Source: Candidatus Omnitrophota bacterium
Lineage (GTDB): Bacteria; Ratteibacteria; UBA8468; MWAK01
NCBI GenBank assembly: GCA_043797665.1
Contig: JAZDPL010000043.1
Span: 1 to 62,322 of the forward strand
DNA length: 62,322 nt
Direction of reading: 5' to 3'
Part shown: positions 9,976-19,100 of the stretch, piece after piece
How positions within the stretch are numbered: position 1 is the stretch's first letter
Layout of the letters: each line of letters begins with the position of its first letter
The notes under the pieces: model-generated
The model's database searches: none
What the model saw: the letters and a program-made list of their open reading frames with translations, nothing else
Told to the model about the DNA's origin: nothing
Translations under genes and position numbers: made by a program

Positions 9976-10818
9976 TTGAGGAAAGGGCGTTTGTGGAAAA
10001 AAGGAAAACGTTTCCCGGAATTCTGCCTGTGTTTTTTTTTGTTTTTTCTTCTTGTTTTTGTCGGGAGTAATCTTCTTGCCCAGTCCTTAAGACCCGATGT
10101 ATATTTAAAAATTAAAGCAGTCAACCCCACCTCTAAAGAGCAGACCGTAGAGATAAAGAGTTACCTGCCTGCAGAAGTAATCCCGGAGGCTGTCGTGAGT
10201 ACCGGCGGCTTGGAATTGCGGTACGACGCGGAAAAGGCCTGTTATTATGTTTATAAAAAGGATGTCGCGGTCGCGCCCGGTGAAACCCTTATCTTTACTA
10301 TAGAGATAAAAGATGTCTGGGTCGTTCCGGAGGAAGAACTGCAGGGAATAAAGGTTCAGACGGAAACTATTCTCAGTCAAGTCCAGGGCGAATATCAGCG
10401 TACCGCCAAGGAGATTGCGGGGAAAATTTTCCAGGAATTGAAGAAGATTACCGAATCCCAAACCGAAGCAGGAAGGGGGGGGTTGGAGGAGCAGATTGCC
10501 GGCTATCGCCAGAATTGTGATGCGATTATTCAGGTTAAAGGAAAAATAGAGCGGATGAAAGTGATTCAGAGTCAGGGTGAAGCGGCTGCCAGGATGTCCC
10601 TCTATCCGGAAAAGGCGATGATGGAGAAGTCTAAGTTAAAGTCAGACGTACCTTCCAAAACTGCCACCTGGATGGTCATTTTTGTTATTATGGGTTTTAT
10701 CGCTATTTTAGGGGGAACATTTTTCTTCGCCTGGGTCCGTTCCAGCCGAAGTTTGGAAAAGACGACGTTGGAAGCCGGAAAGTCATCTTTTCCGGAATCG
10801 GAACCCCCAAAAGTGTAA
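9976..10818 (+). CDS. Membrane-anchored hypothetical protein (signal/TM, shared domain, coiled coil, C-terminal TM)
   Basis: Paralogous to 8550..9236. C-terminal TM WMVIFVIMGFIAILGGTFFFAW. Stop abuts the ATG of atpC. Start codon uncertain. Confidence 0.8.
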   Translation: MRKGRLWKKGKRFPEFCLCFFLFFLLVFVGSNLLAQSLRPDVYLKIKAVNPTSKEQTVEIKSYLPAEVIPEAVVSTGGLELRYDAEKACYYVYKKDVAVAPGETLIFTIEIKDVWVVPEEELQGIKVQTETILSQVQGEYQRTAKEIAGKIFQELKKITESQTEAGRGGLEEQIAGYRQNCDAIIQVKGKIERMKVIQSQGEAAARMSLYPEKAMMEKSKLKSDVPSKTATWMVIFVIMGFIAILGGTFFFAWVRSSRSLEKTTLEAGKSSFPESEPPKV

Positions 10819-11049
10819 ATGGAAGTAACCGTTATTAACCTGAAAGAGGTGATTTATCAAGGGAACGCCAAGAGTTTAATCGTCCCGGGTGAAAGTGGTG
10901 TTTTTGAGGTATTGCCTTTCCACAAAGATATTATCAGCCGGCTGATAAAAGGAGAGGTTGTAGTAGATGGTAATTTTCTGAAGATAAAGCGGGGGGTGGT
11001 CAAAGTGATTAAGAATGAAGCCACGGTGATTGTCGAGGCAGAGGAATGA
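10819..11049 (+). CDS. atpC: F-type ATPase epsilon-like subunit (N-terminal beta domain only)
   Basis: IYQGNAKSLIVPGESGVFEVLPFH matches the epsilon P-G-x-x-G-x-x-x-(V/I)L-P-x-H pattern. No C-terminal helices. Confidence 0.8.
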   Translation: MEVTVINLKEVIYQGNAKSLIVPGESGVFEVLPFHKDIISRLIKGEVVVDGNFLKIKRGVVKVIKNEATVIVEAEE

Positions 11050-11264
11050 GTCATAATATGACCCTGGTCCTGGTTATCGCCCTGTGCGTATTGGGGCCAA
11101 GTGCGGTTTTTGTAGCCAGCTGTGTTGCCAGTATCAGGGCTCTGGGACGAAATCCCTCCGCCTCTCCCAAGATATTTACCGCTTTAATCATTGCGCTTTC
11201 TTTTGCAACCGGTTTAGCATTTGTGGCTCTTTTGGTCGCTTTCCAACTATTGTCCGGAAAATAG
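11046..11264 (+). CDS. atpE: F-type ATPase c-subunit-like proteolipid lacking the ion-binding carboxylate
   Basis: 72 aa, two hydrophobic helices joined by the polar loop GRNP. ATGA overlap with atpC. No D or E in the protein. Confidence 0.75.
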   Translation: MSHNMTLVLVIALCVLGPSAVFVASCVASIRALGRNPSASPKIFTALIIALSFATGLAFVALLVAFQLLSGK

Positions 11265-11266
11265 GG

Positions 11267-11289
11267 GTAGCCGCAGGTTTCAGCCTGCG
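11267..11289. repeat. REP-like GTAGCCGCAGG-TTTCAG-CCTGCG palindrome
   Basis: Near-identical copy at 34228-34250. Confidence 0.7.
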
Positions 11290-11295
11290 TTTCTA

Positions 11296-12210
11296 ATGAT
11301 GCGATACATAAGAATATTTTTTCTTATTTTGTTTCTAAGTGTCATTCTGAGTGCAACGAAGAATCTGATTCTCAGTGGTTTTGCAGATGCCCAGGAACCG
11401 CAGACGTCCTATCAACAGGCGGTTGATAATTTCAGTAACCTGGATTTCCCGGTATCCTATAAAAAGTTTGAGGGCATAATCAAGTTTTTTCCCGATGCCC
11501 CGGAAGCCAGGCAGGCCCGATGGTGGCGGATGATAATTTCCGCGGTCCGTTTCTCAAGTCTTGAGATGACCGGCAACAGGTACATTCAGGCTATTGACAA
11601 AACCACCCTGGACGTACACCGTTTTAAACTTCTGAAGGATTACGTGAAAATTTCGGAGGGAATAATAAAAGAAGGTGATACTTTTGTCGATGATGTTCAG
11701 GAGGCGCTTCAGTATGCCGGTTCACCGATAAAAATGAAGAGTAAAAAGAATTATGACAGTCTGAATCTTAGTGCGGACGCATACTTACCGATTAAAAAAC
11801 TGGAAAGGGGGTATGCACTTACCTGGGAAGAAAACAATAAGGTGGAACGGTTTCAAACGGATGCAGCAGGGCGTTATTTAATGGGAAAGGTTTTAAATCT
11901 AAACTCAGATGGGAGTGAAGAATTGATTAAAAAAAGCGAGATTGAAGGAGAGGTTGACTGGCCAGCAAGCCTTTTTTTGGCGGGTAACTGGCTTTTACAT
12001 TACGGTGAAATGTCCCGGGTCGGTTGGTTCAGTTCCGCTTCTCCCCGGAAGGTTAAGAGCGTGGAACGTGCTGAACTTGGTTTTCAAACCGCAAAATTAT
12101 GTTATGAAAAGGTACTATCCCTCCTGAAAAACAAGCCCTCGCCCTCTCTCCAAGCCCAGGCAGAAGAAAAAATCAAAGAGGTAGACAAGATTCTGAAATC
12201 CCTGAAATAG
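11296..12210 (+). CDS. Exported helical (TPR-like) hypothetical protein
   Basis: Signal-like N-terminus MMRYIRIFFLILFLS. YfiO/TPR-like segment FEGIIKFFPDAPEARQA. Confidence 0.75.
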   Translation: MMRYIRIFFLILFLSVILSATKNLILSGFADAQEPQTSYQQAVDNFSNLDFPVSYKKFEGIIKFFPDAPEARQARWWRMIISAVRFSSLEMTGNRYIQAIDKTTLDVHRFKLLKDYVKISEGIIKEGDTFVDDVQEALQYAGSPIKMKSKKNYDSLNLSADAYLPIKKLERGYALTWEENNKVERFQTDAAGRYLMGKVLNLNSDGSEELIKKSEIEGEVDWPASLFLAGNWLLHYGEMSRVGWFSSASPRKVKSVERAELGFQTAKLCYEKVLSLLKNKPSPSLQAQAEEKIKEVDKILKSLK

Positions 12211-12217
12211 ACTTCCT

Positions 12218-14713
12218 ATGCGGTTTTTTGTAAAGGTGGTACTCCTCTTTTTTGGGTTTATCTTTTCCTGCCAGGGTTCTCTCTTTGCCGCAGAGAATAC
12301 TCTGCTTGATACCCTGACGCTAAAACTCTCCTTACGGGAGCAGATGCTCGAAAAGATTAGAGATGCGAGGGAGCCCCCTTCCCGATTTCCCGTGGAAGTC
12401 AGAAAAGAAAATATTATTTTTTTGCCCCTTAACAAAGACCTCCTTAACATTCAGCAGATACTTTTTCCGGAACTGAAGATTAGCGACTATAAGCATAACC
12501 TGTTTATCAATTACGGTTACCATAAAAAAGAAGGTATAAATCCGGAAGGAATGCCAGCCGAGGAGACAGTTATCAAGATGGCTCTTATTGCGGAGAAAGA
12601 TGACGGGTTCTATTTGCTGGAAGAGAAGGAAAAGTCCGGCGGCGTGCCCCGGCTGGATATTCTTGGCGGGTTGGAAGCAGAAGCAAGTCTTATTGTGGAA
12701 AAGGTTATTGGATATGCGAGAGGGTTGGATTTAGATAAATCTATAAGTTTGGAAAGAAGGAAAGAAGCGTTAAAGTCCGCTTTAGGCAGTGAGTATCAGT
12801 CAGACCGTGCCAATGCTATTGAATCGTTCACCAACATAGGCGACCCGGCGGTTCCGGATTTGATTTCCGTTCTGAAAGGCGGGAATTTGGTGGCGCGAGA
12901 CGTTGCTAAACAAACCCTGATAAAGATTGGCCGGCCGGCGACTACTTATCTGGTGGACCTTTTGAAAGAAGGGGAACTGAAGGGAACCGTTCCGGAAATA
13001 GTCGGAGCAATAAGAGATGAGCGGGCGACCGAAGCGCTGGTCAATCTTTTGAAAGATAGTGACCTGTATGTCCGAGAATCAGCCGTACTGGCATTGGGAA
13101 AGATAAAAGACCCGAAGACAGTCGGTCCGCTGGTCAATATTTTGAAAGAACCGAAGGTAAACGAATCTATCAGTGCTGTCGTCAGGGACGCTTTGACCAA
13201 GATTGGCAGTGTGGGGATTCCGCTGTTGGTGGAAGCCTTGAAGGATGAAAGTGGTGCCGTACGAAGGAACGTCGCCTTAGTTTTGGAAAACCTGAAATGG
13301 AAACCCCAGGGTGGGGAAGAGACGGTTACTTATCTGATCGCCCTGGGTAAATGGGAGGAGGTATCTAATTTAGGTCCCGATGCCTTTCCATACCTGGTAG
13401 CCAATCTGAAAATCAAAGATGCCCGGATAAGAAGTGGCGCCGCTTCTGCGCTGGGTAAATTCAAAGAGCCGAAGGCGGTTACCTCTTTAATTGAACGTTT
13501 AGCAGATGAAGATGATGCCGTACGGGAGGCAGCCGCAATTGCCCTGGGTGCCATTGGGGACCCCCAGGCGGTCGGTCCCTTAATCAATATTTTGCAAACC
13601 CCCAATTATCGTGTGCGGCAGATGGTGATAAATGCCCTGGGTGCCATTGGAGACCCCCAGGCGGTTGTGCCGTTGCTCGACTTTTTAAAGGATAAGAATC
13701 CCCTTATCCGGAACGCTGCGGCAATGGCTCTGGGGACAATACGCGATAGCCAGGCGATTCCTGCCTTGGTTAATACCTTAAAAACAGACCTGGTTCCCGA
13801 GGTGCGAAAGAGTTCGGCTGAAGCATTAGTTCAGATAGGCAAACAAGCGATTCCATCGTTAGTTTCGCAATTAAAAGATGAAAGTTCAACTTTCCGGAAA
13901 AACGTAGCCCTTGTTCTGGAAGAATTGGGTTGGGAACCCCAGGAAAAAGAAGAGGGGATTTTTTACCTGATGGCGGCTGGTAAATGGGAGCAGATAACTT
14001 CCCTGGGACCAGAAGCACTTCCGTACCTGAAAATGGCTGTACAAGATAAAGATGCGAAAGTAAGGGCTGGAGCCGCTACTACGTTAAGCGGATTTAAAGA
14101 GCAGGAGGTGGTCTATACGTTGATTCGCCTTTTAAACGATGTTGACGATATGGTGCGCAACGTAGCCATCAGGTCCTTAGGTGCCATAAAAGACCCTGAG
14201 GCAGTTTACCCTTTAGCGATTACCTTGAAGGATAGTAACCCTGGAATTCGTTCGGCGGCTGCCGGCGCTCTGGGTGATATCGGGGACCGCCATGCGGTCC
14301 ACTTTTTAATTACCACCTTATCAAAAGATAAAGAATACCTGGTACGGATAGAGGCGTTAAAAGCCCTGGGGAAGATAAAAGATGCTGCCGCGGTTATTCC
14401 CTTGATTGATTCTTTGAAGGATGCGAATAACGATATTCGGAAGGCATCGGCCGCGGCTTTAGGTGAAATAAAAGACCCCCAGGCAGTACCATTACTTGTC
14501 CCGCTATTGGAAGATCTGGATTATAGCGTCCGGAAGAGCGTAAAAGATTCTCTTACGAAGATGGGCAAGGTAGCGGTGCCGTATTTGATAACCACTTTAG
14601 AGGATAGAGGAGTGCGCAAGGAAGTAGTGGAGGTTTTGACCGAGATTACCAATAAACGGTTTGGTTACGACTATGACGCCTGGAAGAACTGGTGGGAGGA
14701 GAAGTCCCCATAG
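12218..14713 (+). CDS. Exported HEAT-repeat (PBS lyase-like) protein
   Basis: Signal peptide, many VRxxAAxALGxIxDPxAVxPLxxxLxD repeats, C-terminal FGYDYDAWKNWWE. Confidence 0.9.
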   Translation: MRFFVKVVLLFFGFIFSCQGSLFAAENTLLDTLTLKLSLREQMLEKIRDAREPPSRFPVEVRKENIIFLPLNKDLLNIQQILFPELKISDYKHNLFINYGYHKKEGINPEGMPAEETVIKMALIAEKDDGFYLLEEKEKSGGVPRLDILGGLEAEASLIVEKVIGYARGLDLDKSISLERRKEALKSALGSEYQSDRANAIESFTNIGDPAVPDLISVLKGGNLVARDVAKQTLIKIGRPATTYLVDLLKEGELKGTVPEIVGAIRDERATEALVNLLKDSDLYVRESAVLALGKIKDPKTVGPLVNILKEPKVNESISAVVRDALTKIGSVGIPLLVEALKDESGAVRRNVALVLENLKWKPQGGEETVTYLIALGKWEEVSNLGPDAFPYLVANLKIKDARIRSGAASALGKFKEPKAVTSLIERLADEDDAVREAAAIALGAIGDPQAVGPLINILQTPNYRVRQMVINALGAIGDPQAVVPLLDFLKDKNPLIRNAAAMALGTIRDSQAIPALVNTLKTDLVPEVRKSSAEALVQIGKQAIPSLVSQLKDESSTFRKNVALVLEELGWEPQEKEEGIFYLMAAGKWEQITSLGPEALPYLKMAVQDKDAKVRAGAATTLSGFKEQEVVYTLIRLLNDVDDMVRNVAIRSLGAIKDPEAVYPLAITLKDSNPGIRSAAAGALGDIGDRHAVHFLITTLSKDKEYLVRIEALKALGKIKDAAAVIPLIDSLKDANNDIRKASAAALGEIKDPQAVPLLVPLLEDLDYSVRKSVKDSLTKMGKVAVPYLITTLEDRGVRKEVVEVLTEITNKRFGYDYDAWKNWWEEKSP

Positions 14714-14715
14714 AT

Positions 14716-15297
14716 TTAAGGGACTGGGACTGGTGCTGTTGCCACGAGCATGGAAATTTCAATACTGCAGCGGGCAACCGGTGATTTTGCGCCTTTGGGG
14801 GTGAGGTGAAACTTTTCCACCCTTAAAATCTGGGTGGAACATTCTATCCGTGAGAAGAGGACAAGAATTCTCTCCAAGGGGGCTTCACATTCTAAACTCA
14901 GAGTTTCCTTCCTGAACGGCGCTGCTTCTTCGGAACCGATGGGCCTGATATTCAACAGGTTAATATCTGAATTTTTAACCATGGTTTCTACTTCTTTCAA
15001 AAAAGTCAGTACCGTTTCGTCTTCAGGAGTCGTCTTTTGCGGGAAAATCTTTTCCAGGTATAACCGGTATTTTCTGCCTTCTTCTTCTATTTTATCCTTT
15101 CGGGCCAATATCTGAAGACTATTTCTGAGAGCCTTTCTCTTTTCTTCAATCTCCGTATCCAGAGATTTTATCCTGGAAACAATCGGAATCAAAATCACCC
15201 GGGAGATGAACGATATAACGAGTACAGAAACCGTAAGGTAAAAGAATATCTTTTCTCTTTTTGATAACTTAGCGATAAACGATAGAATCTTTTTCAT
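14716..15297 (-). CDS. PilO/GspM-like inner-membrane platform protein
   Basis: LSKREK + TM + coiled coil + ferredoxin-like C-terminus. Follows PilM/N. Confidence 0.75.
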   Translation of the reverse strand: MKKILSFIAKLSKREKIFFYLTVSVLVISFISRVILIPIVSRIKSLDTEIEEKRKALRNSLQILARKDKIEEEGRKYRLYLEKIFPQKTTPEDETVLTFLKEVETMVKNSDINLLNIRPIGSEEAAPFRKETLSLECEAPLERILVLFSRIECSTQILRVEKFHLTPKGAKSPVARCSIEISMLVATAPVPVP

Positions 15298-16751
15298 TCT
15301 ACGGCTCCTTTTTCCAACAAGGAGGTAATGTCGAAGTTCACGAAACTTTTGCTTTCCTCTTCTATTCTTTTTGTCCCCCCTGTTTTGACTTCCTTAAAAT
15401 ACTTCGATTTTTCCATTTCTTCGATCAGATTAAAGACGGACGTGGTGGAGACGGCAGTGCCCCTGATTACAAAGGTACCTCCCTTTTGGTCGAAAGTAAT
15501 TTCCGCGAGATACATTTCCGCAGGCGGAATCAAACGATATAACTCGGCCATAACTTCTAAGCAATAATTCTGCCGGGATAAATAACGTTGCACTAATTGA
15601 ATCTGAGAAAAGAGTTCTTCAATAGGCCCGGTTTTTTCACCGGTCTGCCGGTAGTCCTCGGTCAGGGTTTGCAGATAACTTTCTTTGCGATAAATTCTGT
15701 TGATTAATACTCCACCGATAAGTATCATAATGGTTATGAGCGAGATACCGCATTGAATCAGGTTACGGCTCCTCTCCTGGAATGCTTTTCGGGCTTTGAC
15801 CTCTTCCGGAATAAGGTTTATCGTGAGCCGGTCAGAAACAAAGAAAGGGGCAAGAACGTCACAAAAAGAAAACATCCGGTTTTCTTTAATTGTCTTTAAT
15901 GCATCCGGGGAGAGGGGCAAATCATGGTGATACGGAAAAGGGGTAAGGGACAAAGACAGGTTTTTCAGTTCTTCTTCCAGAAGGTTCGCATTCTCAACTG
16001 CGCCGGTTAAGAAAAGTTGTTTGGGGACCAGGTCTATTTCCTCCGCGCGGTAAGAGTCCAGAGATTTTTCCACCTCCGTTCTGATTTTTGGAAGAAACTC
16101 ATCTTTTTCCTCGGCCAAGGTCTGAGTCCCAAGGGAGATATTGCGGCTAAAGATTACCTTACCCCTGAGGAGAACCGTAAAATCAGAGGTTGTCTTGTCC
16201 AGGTGAAGAATTCCGACCGGTTCTTTCTCCTGTTCTAAATGTAAACTTCTACTTGCCAGGCTTCCCAGCGCTTCCGGTTTAAAGGCGACCCGGCTTATTT
16301 CTAAACCCGCCCGGTTTAAGATGCTGAATTGCCTCCTTATCGCATTGCGGTTAGCCAGCACCAGCAAGATTTTGGTATACTTCTCATGGTGACGTCCGAT
16401 ATCAAGATAATCAATGATAATCTCTTCCCGGGAATAAGGGCTGTATCGGCTGGCTTGTAAGTTGATGATTTCTTTTATCTCCTGGGGGTTGAGGGAAGGG
16501 ATGGCAATATTTTTGGTAACGCAGACGTTGGAGGGAACCAGGCTGATGACCGCAGGCTTTTTTTTGAGCCGGGCACGTTCCAAAAATTTCCTGATAACGG
16601 AAACAATTTCCTGGTCATTCAGGTTTTTGATGTCCTGCACCATCAGATTCGCTACCAGCCTCTTTTTCAGTTCGGAAATTTTACCGTGGCTGATTTTCAG
16701 AATCTGGCTGTCTAAGTCTACCACCAGGACATCTTTTGCTAAGTGCCACAT
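15294..16751 (-). CDS. PilM-PilN fusion (GspL-like) assembly protein
   Basis: Actin-like N-terminal part (VVDLDSQILK, LFLTGA), INLIP PilN motif, TM, then periplasmic domain. Confidence 0.85.
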   Translation of the reverse strand: MWHLAKDVLVVDLDSQILKISHGKISELKKRLVANLMVQDIKNLNDQEIVSVIRKFLERARLKKKPAVISLVPSNVCVTKNIAIPSLNPQEIKEIINLQASRYSPYSREEIIIDYLDIGRHHEKYTKILLVLANRNAIRRQFSILNRAGLEISRVAFKPEALGSLASRSLHLEQEKEPVGILHLDKTTSDFTVLLRGKVIFSRNISLGTQTLAEEKDEFLPKIRTEVEKSLDSYRAEEIDLVPKQLFLTGAVENANLLEEELKNLSLSLTPFPYHHDLPLSPDALKTIKENRMFSFCDVLAPFFVSDRLTINLIPEEVKARKAFQERSRNLIQCGISLITIMILIGGVLINRIYRKESYLQTLTEDYRQTGEKTGPIEELFSQIQLVQRYLSRQNYCLEVMAELYRLIPPAEMYLAEITFDQKGGTFVIRGTAVSTTSVFNLIEEMEKSKYFKEVKTGGTKRIEEESKSFVNFDITSLLEKGAVE

Positions 16752-16763
16752 AGGGATAACCCC

Positions 16764-17774
16764 TTACTCTTCCCGCCAGTACTTGATTTGCCCTTTTCGG
16801 TTACAGACCGCCACGATTGCATACGAATCATTCCGGTTATTTAATCGGGCAATACTTTTAATCATAAAGTTGTTTGACGCGGTAGTAAATCTGCCGGCTA
16901 AATTGCTGAATTGGCTTATCTCGTCCGGGCCCAGGACTACAAACTGATTCAGCGTGGCTACCACGTCCGGTGAAGTAAAGACATTATCATCCGGAGTACC
17001 TTCAACCCCGTCCTGCCCTTTTCTGAAAGTCAGGATTTTAGCGGCTAACCTTTCATCCAGACCCAGGGCTCGCAACACCTCAAGAGGTGCGGTATTAATG
17101 TTTATTTTGCCCTCGGTATATACCGTAACATATTCCCTGATTTGCTCAAAAATTTCCCGGCTCATTCCTTTAACCAAGAGCAACTCCTCCGGTATTTCGT
17201 ACGGGCCGTCTTTTGCCTCGTAAGGAGTCGAGGAGTAGCGGTAGTCACTGTCTTCAGCCCCGTATTGAGGATGTTCGTATGAAGAATTCTCGTCACGCCA
17301 GTCGATAATGCAGTAGGATAAATTTTCTGCTTTTGCCTCGTCTATATCGGTGACAATCTGGAAGAGACGCTTTAACGTTTTCTGGTCCGCGGTGTTGATA
17401 CTTATCTTGCGCTCTTCGTCCTCACAGCCATAGCGGGTTTGGGTTATCTTATTCTTATCGGTATCGAAAGACCGGTAATCATAACTAACGGTAAACCTTC
17501 CTTCTCCCACCGACTGTTCCCGGAAATCGGTGACATTATTGCTCCAGGTTCCATTCAAAGTGTCGTATTCCGGAGTTACGTCTTTCTTTATCTTCCAGGA
17601 GGCGGTTTTAATCCCGGCTTCGGCGATCAGATGCAGATTCTTTTTTACCTCCATTTTCTTTAAAAACAACAGTTTTTGACTGATGCCGAAACCTAAGTTA
17701 ACTGCAACAATGGTTAAGGTTGCCAAAGCAAAAAGGGCAATGATTAAGATGCTGCCAGACTTAGGGGCTGTCAT
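16764..17774 (-). CDS. gspK: Type II secretion minor pseudopilin GspK
   Basis: G|SILIIAL N-terminus. Motifs DEERKISIN, IIDWRD, EELLLVKGM, GKININTAP. Confidence 0.9.
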   Translation of the reverse strand: MTAPKSGSILIIALFALATLTIVAVNLGFGISQKLLFLKKMEVKKNLHLIAEAGIKTASWKIKKDVTPEYDTLNGTWSNNVTDFREQSVGEGRFTVSYDYRSFDTDKNKITQTRYGCEDEERKISINTADQKTLKRLFQIVTDIDEAKAENLSYCIIDWRDENSSYEHPQYGAEDSDYRYSSTPYEAKDGPYEIPEELLLVKGMSREIFEQIREYVTVYTEGKININTAPLEVLRALGLDERLAAKILTFRKGQDGVEGTPDDNVFTSPDVVATLNQFVVLGPDEISQFSNLAGRFTTASNNFMIKSIARLNNRNDSYAIVAVCNRKGQIKYWREE

Positions 17775-18330
17775 AGACAGCCCCTTTAACCGTCTTTCCA
17801 TCTAAGTAGATTGCGGTTATTTTTACCGAAACGGGTAACTTTTTTTCCTCCTGCCATTTATCTTTCCATTTGTATAACTTAGCATCTTCGTCGTAGACGT
17901 AATAACAGAAAGTCAGGTTTTTGATGTTTTTTACCAATATTTGTTCCGGAGGTTTTTTGTGTTGATAAACCTCAGAATAGCCTGCCTGGCTCTTTTTTAC
18001 GCTTTGGGTCAGAGTATCAAAAAAATAGGTGACCTGTCCGATACCCGTATTATTCTTCGTTCCGGGAAGGGTAATAATGGCAGGAAAAGATACCCGCTCC
18101 GGTGTCCCTTCAAACTTCATTCCGGTGTACCGAAGCCCGTTTTTCAAATCACGCGAGAACTTTTCCGAAAAAATCAGGAAATCTTCTTCCGGCGATTCCC
18201 TGGTCAGTACCTGCCATATTTTCAAACCGTTGTTGAGTGTCGTAAATACCGCAATGCCAATAATGCCTAAGAGAACCGAGACGAACAACATCTCCATCAA
18301 GGTAAATCCCCGTTTCGACGAAATATCCAC
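17761..18330 (-). CDS. Prepilin-type minor pseudopilin (GspJ/PilW-like)
   Basis: KRG|FTLME cleavage/methylation motif. C-terminal LPVSVKI. Confidence 0.85.
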   Translation of the reverse strand: MDISSKRGFTLMEMLFVSVLLGIIGIAVFTTLNNGLKIWQVLTRESPEEDFLIFSEKFSRDLKNGLRYTGMKFEGTPERVSFPAIITLPGTKNNTGIGQVTYFFDTLTQSVKKSQAGYSEVYQHKKPPEQILVKNIKNLTFCYYVYDEDAKLYKWKDKWQEEKKLPVSVKITAIYLDGKTVKGAVYDSP

Positions 18331-18342
18331 GGATATTCTTAG

Positions 18343-18396
18343 AGGTTTGATTTATCAAACCCGATAGGATACGGGCGTCATAAATGTCGGCCCTAC
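18343..18396. repeat. Degenerate GTAGGG/CCCTAC-family REP element
   Basis: GGTTTGATTTATCAAACC hairpin, ending in GGCCCTAC. Confidence 0.55.
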
Positions 18397-18413
18397 ATTT
18401 CAAGGGGATGGTA

Positions 18414-18683
18414 TTATTTACCCTTCACGGTCTTTTCTTCTAATTTCTTTTCCAGTTCCTGTACCCGTTCCCGTAATTTTTCTTTGCCGCCTTTTTTCAT
18501 CATATACTTTATTCTGCCCATCATTCCCAAGCCGCATAACATCAGGAGTACGCTGGCTAAGGAAGGGTTACAGGTAAAACCCGGCAAAGGGACCCTTTTG
18601 TTGAAAATCAGGGTATTGACACCAACGTCACCCAGGTACGACAATATAGCCACCGCTACCACAATTAACGCCCACACTATCAT
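18414..18683 (-). CDS. Small two-TM membrane protein with C-terminal coiled coil
   Basis: AAGGAGG RBS, two hydrophobic segments, KEKLRERVQELEKKLEE. Confidence 0.75.
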   Translation of the reverse strand: MIVWALIVVAVAILSYLGDVGVNTLIFNKRVPLPGFTCNPSLASVLLMLCGLGMMGRIKYMMKKGGKEKLRERVQELEKKLEEKTVKGK

Positions 18684-18713
18684 ACGCTTCCTCCTTTTTC
18701 ATTTTATTTTATA

Positions 18714-19100
18714 TTATGCTCCGGCATAAAAGGTCCGGGAAAGATTTATCTGCCGTCGGCCCTCCTTCCAGAAACAAGAAAGGGTTATCCGATACTCATT
18801 CGCATCTCTGGAGATGGACTGAATATCCCCTTGCCAGAAGACCGGTTTGTTTCTTACGATAAAAGTTCCACTATTGGAAGAGGGGAGGGGGGTTTTTGTC
18901 CGGCTGATTTTGTCGTCTATTTCCCAGGTCTTCCCATCAAGCCATTCCCGTACTTCCAGGGAAGTGGAATAATAACTTAACGCATTCACGCAGATGAGGA
19001 AAGATTGATAGATTACAACCAATCCAAACGAAAGAACCGCCAAGGTGACCATGATCTCTACAAAAGTAAATCCTCTTTTACGGTTAATTAGTGACGTCAT
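18714..19100 (-). CDS. Prepilin-type minor pseudopilin (GspI/PilV-like)
   Basis: RKRG|FTFVE motif. Confidence 0.85.
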   Translation of the reverse strand: MTSLINRKRGFTFVEIMVTLAVLSFGLVVIYQSFLICVNALSYYSTSLEVREWLDGKTWEIDDKISRTKTPLPSSNSGTFIVRNKPVFWQGDIQSISRDANEYRITLSCFWKEGRRQINLSRTFYAGA

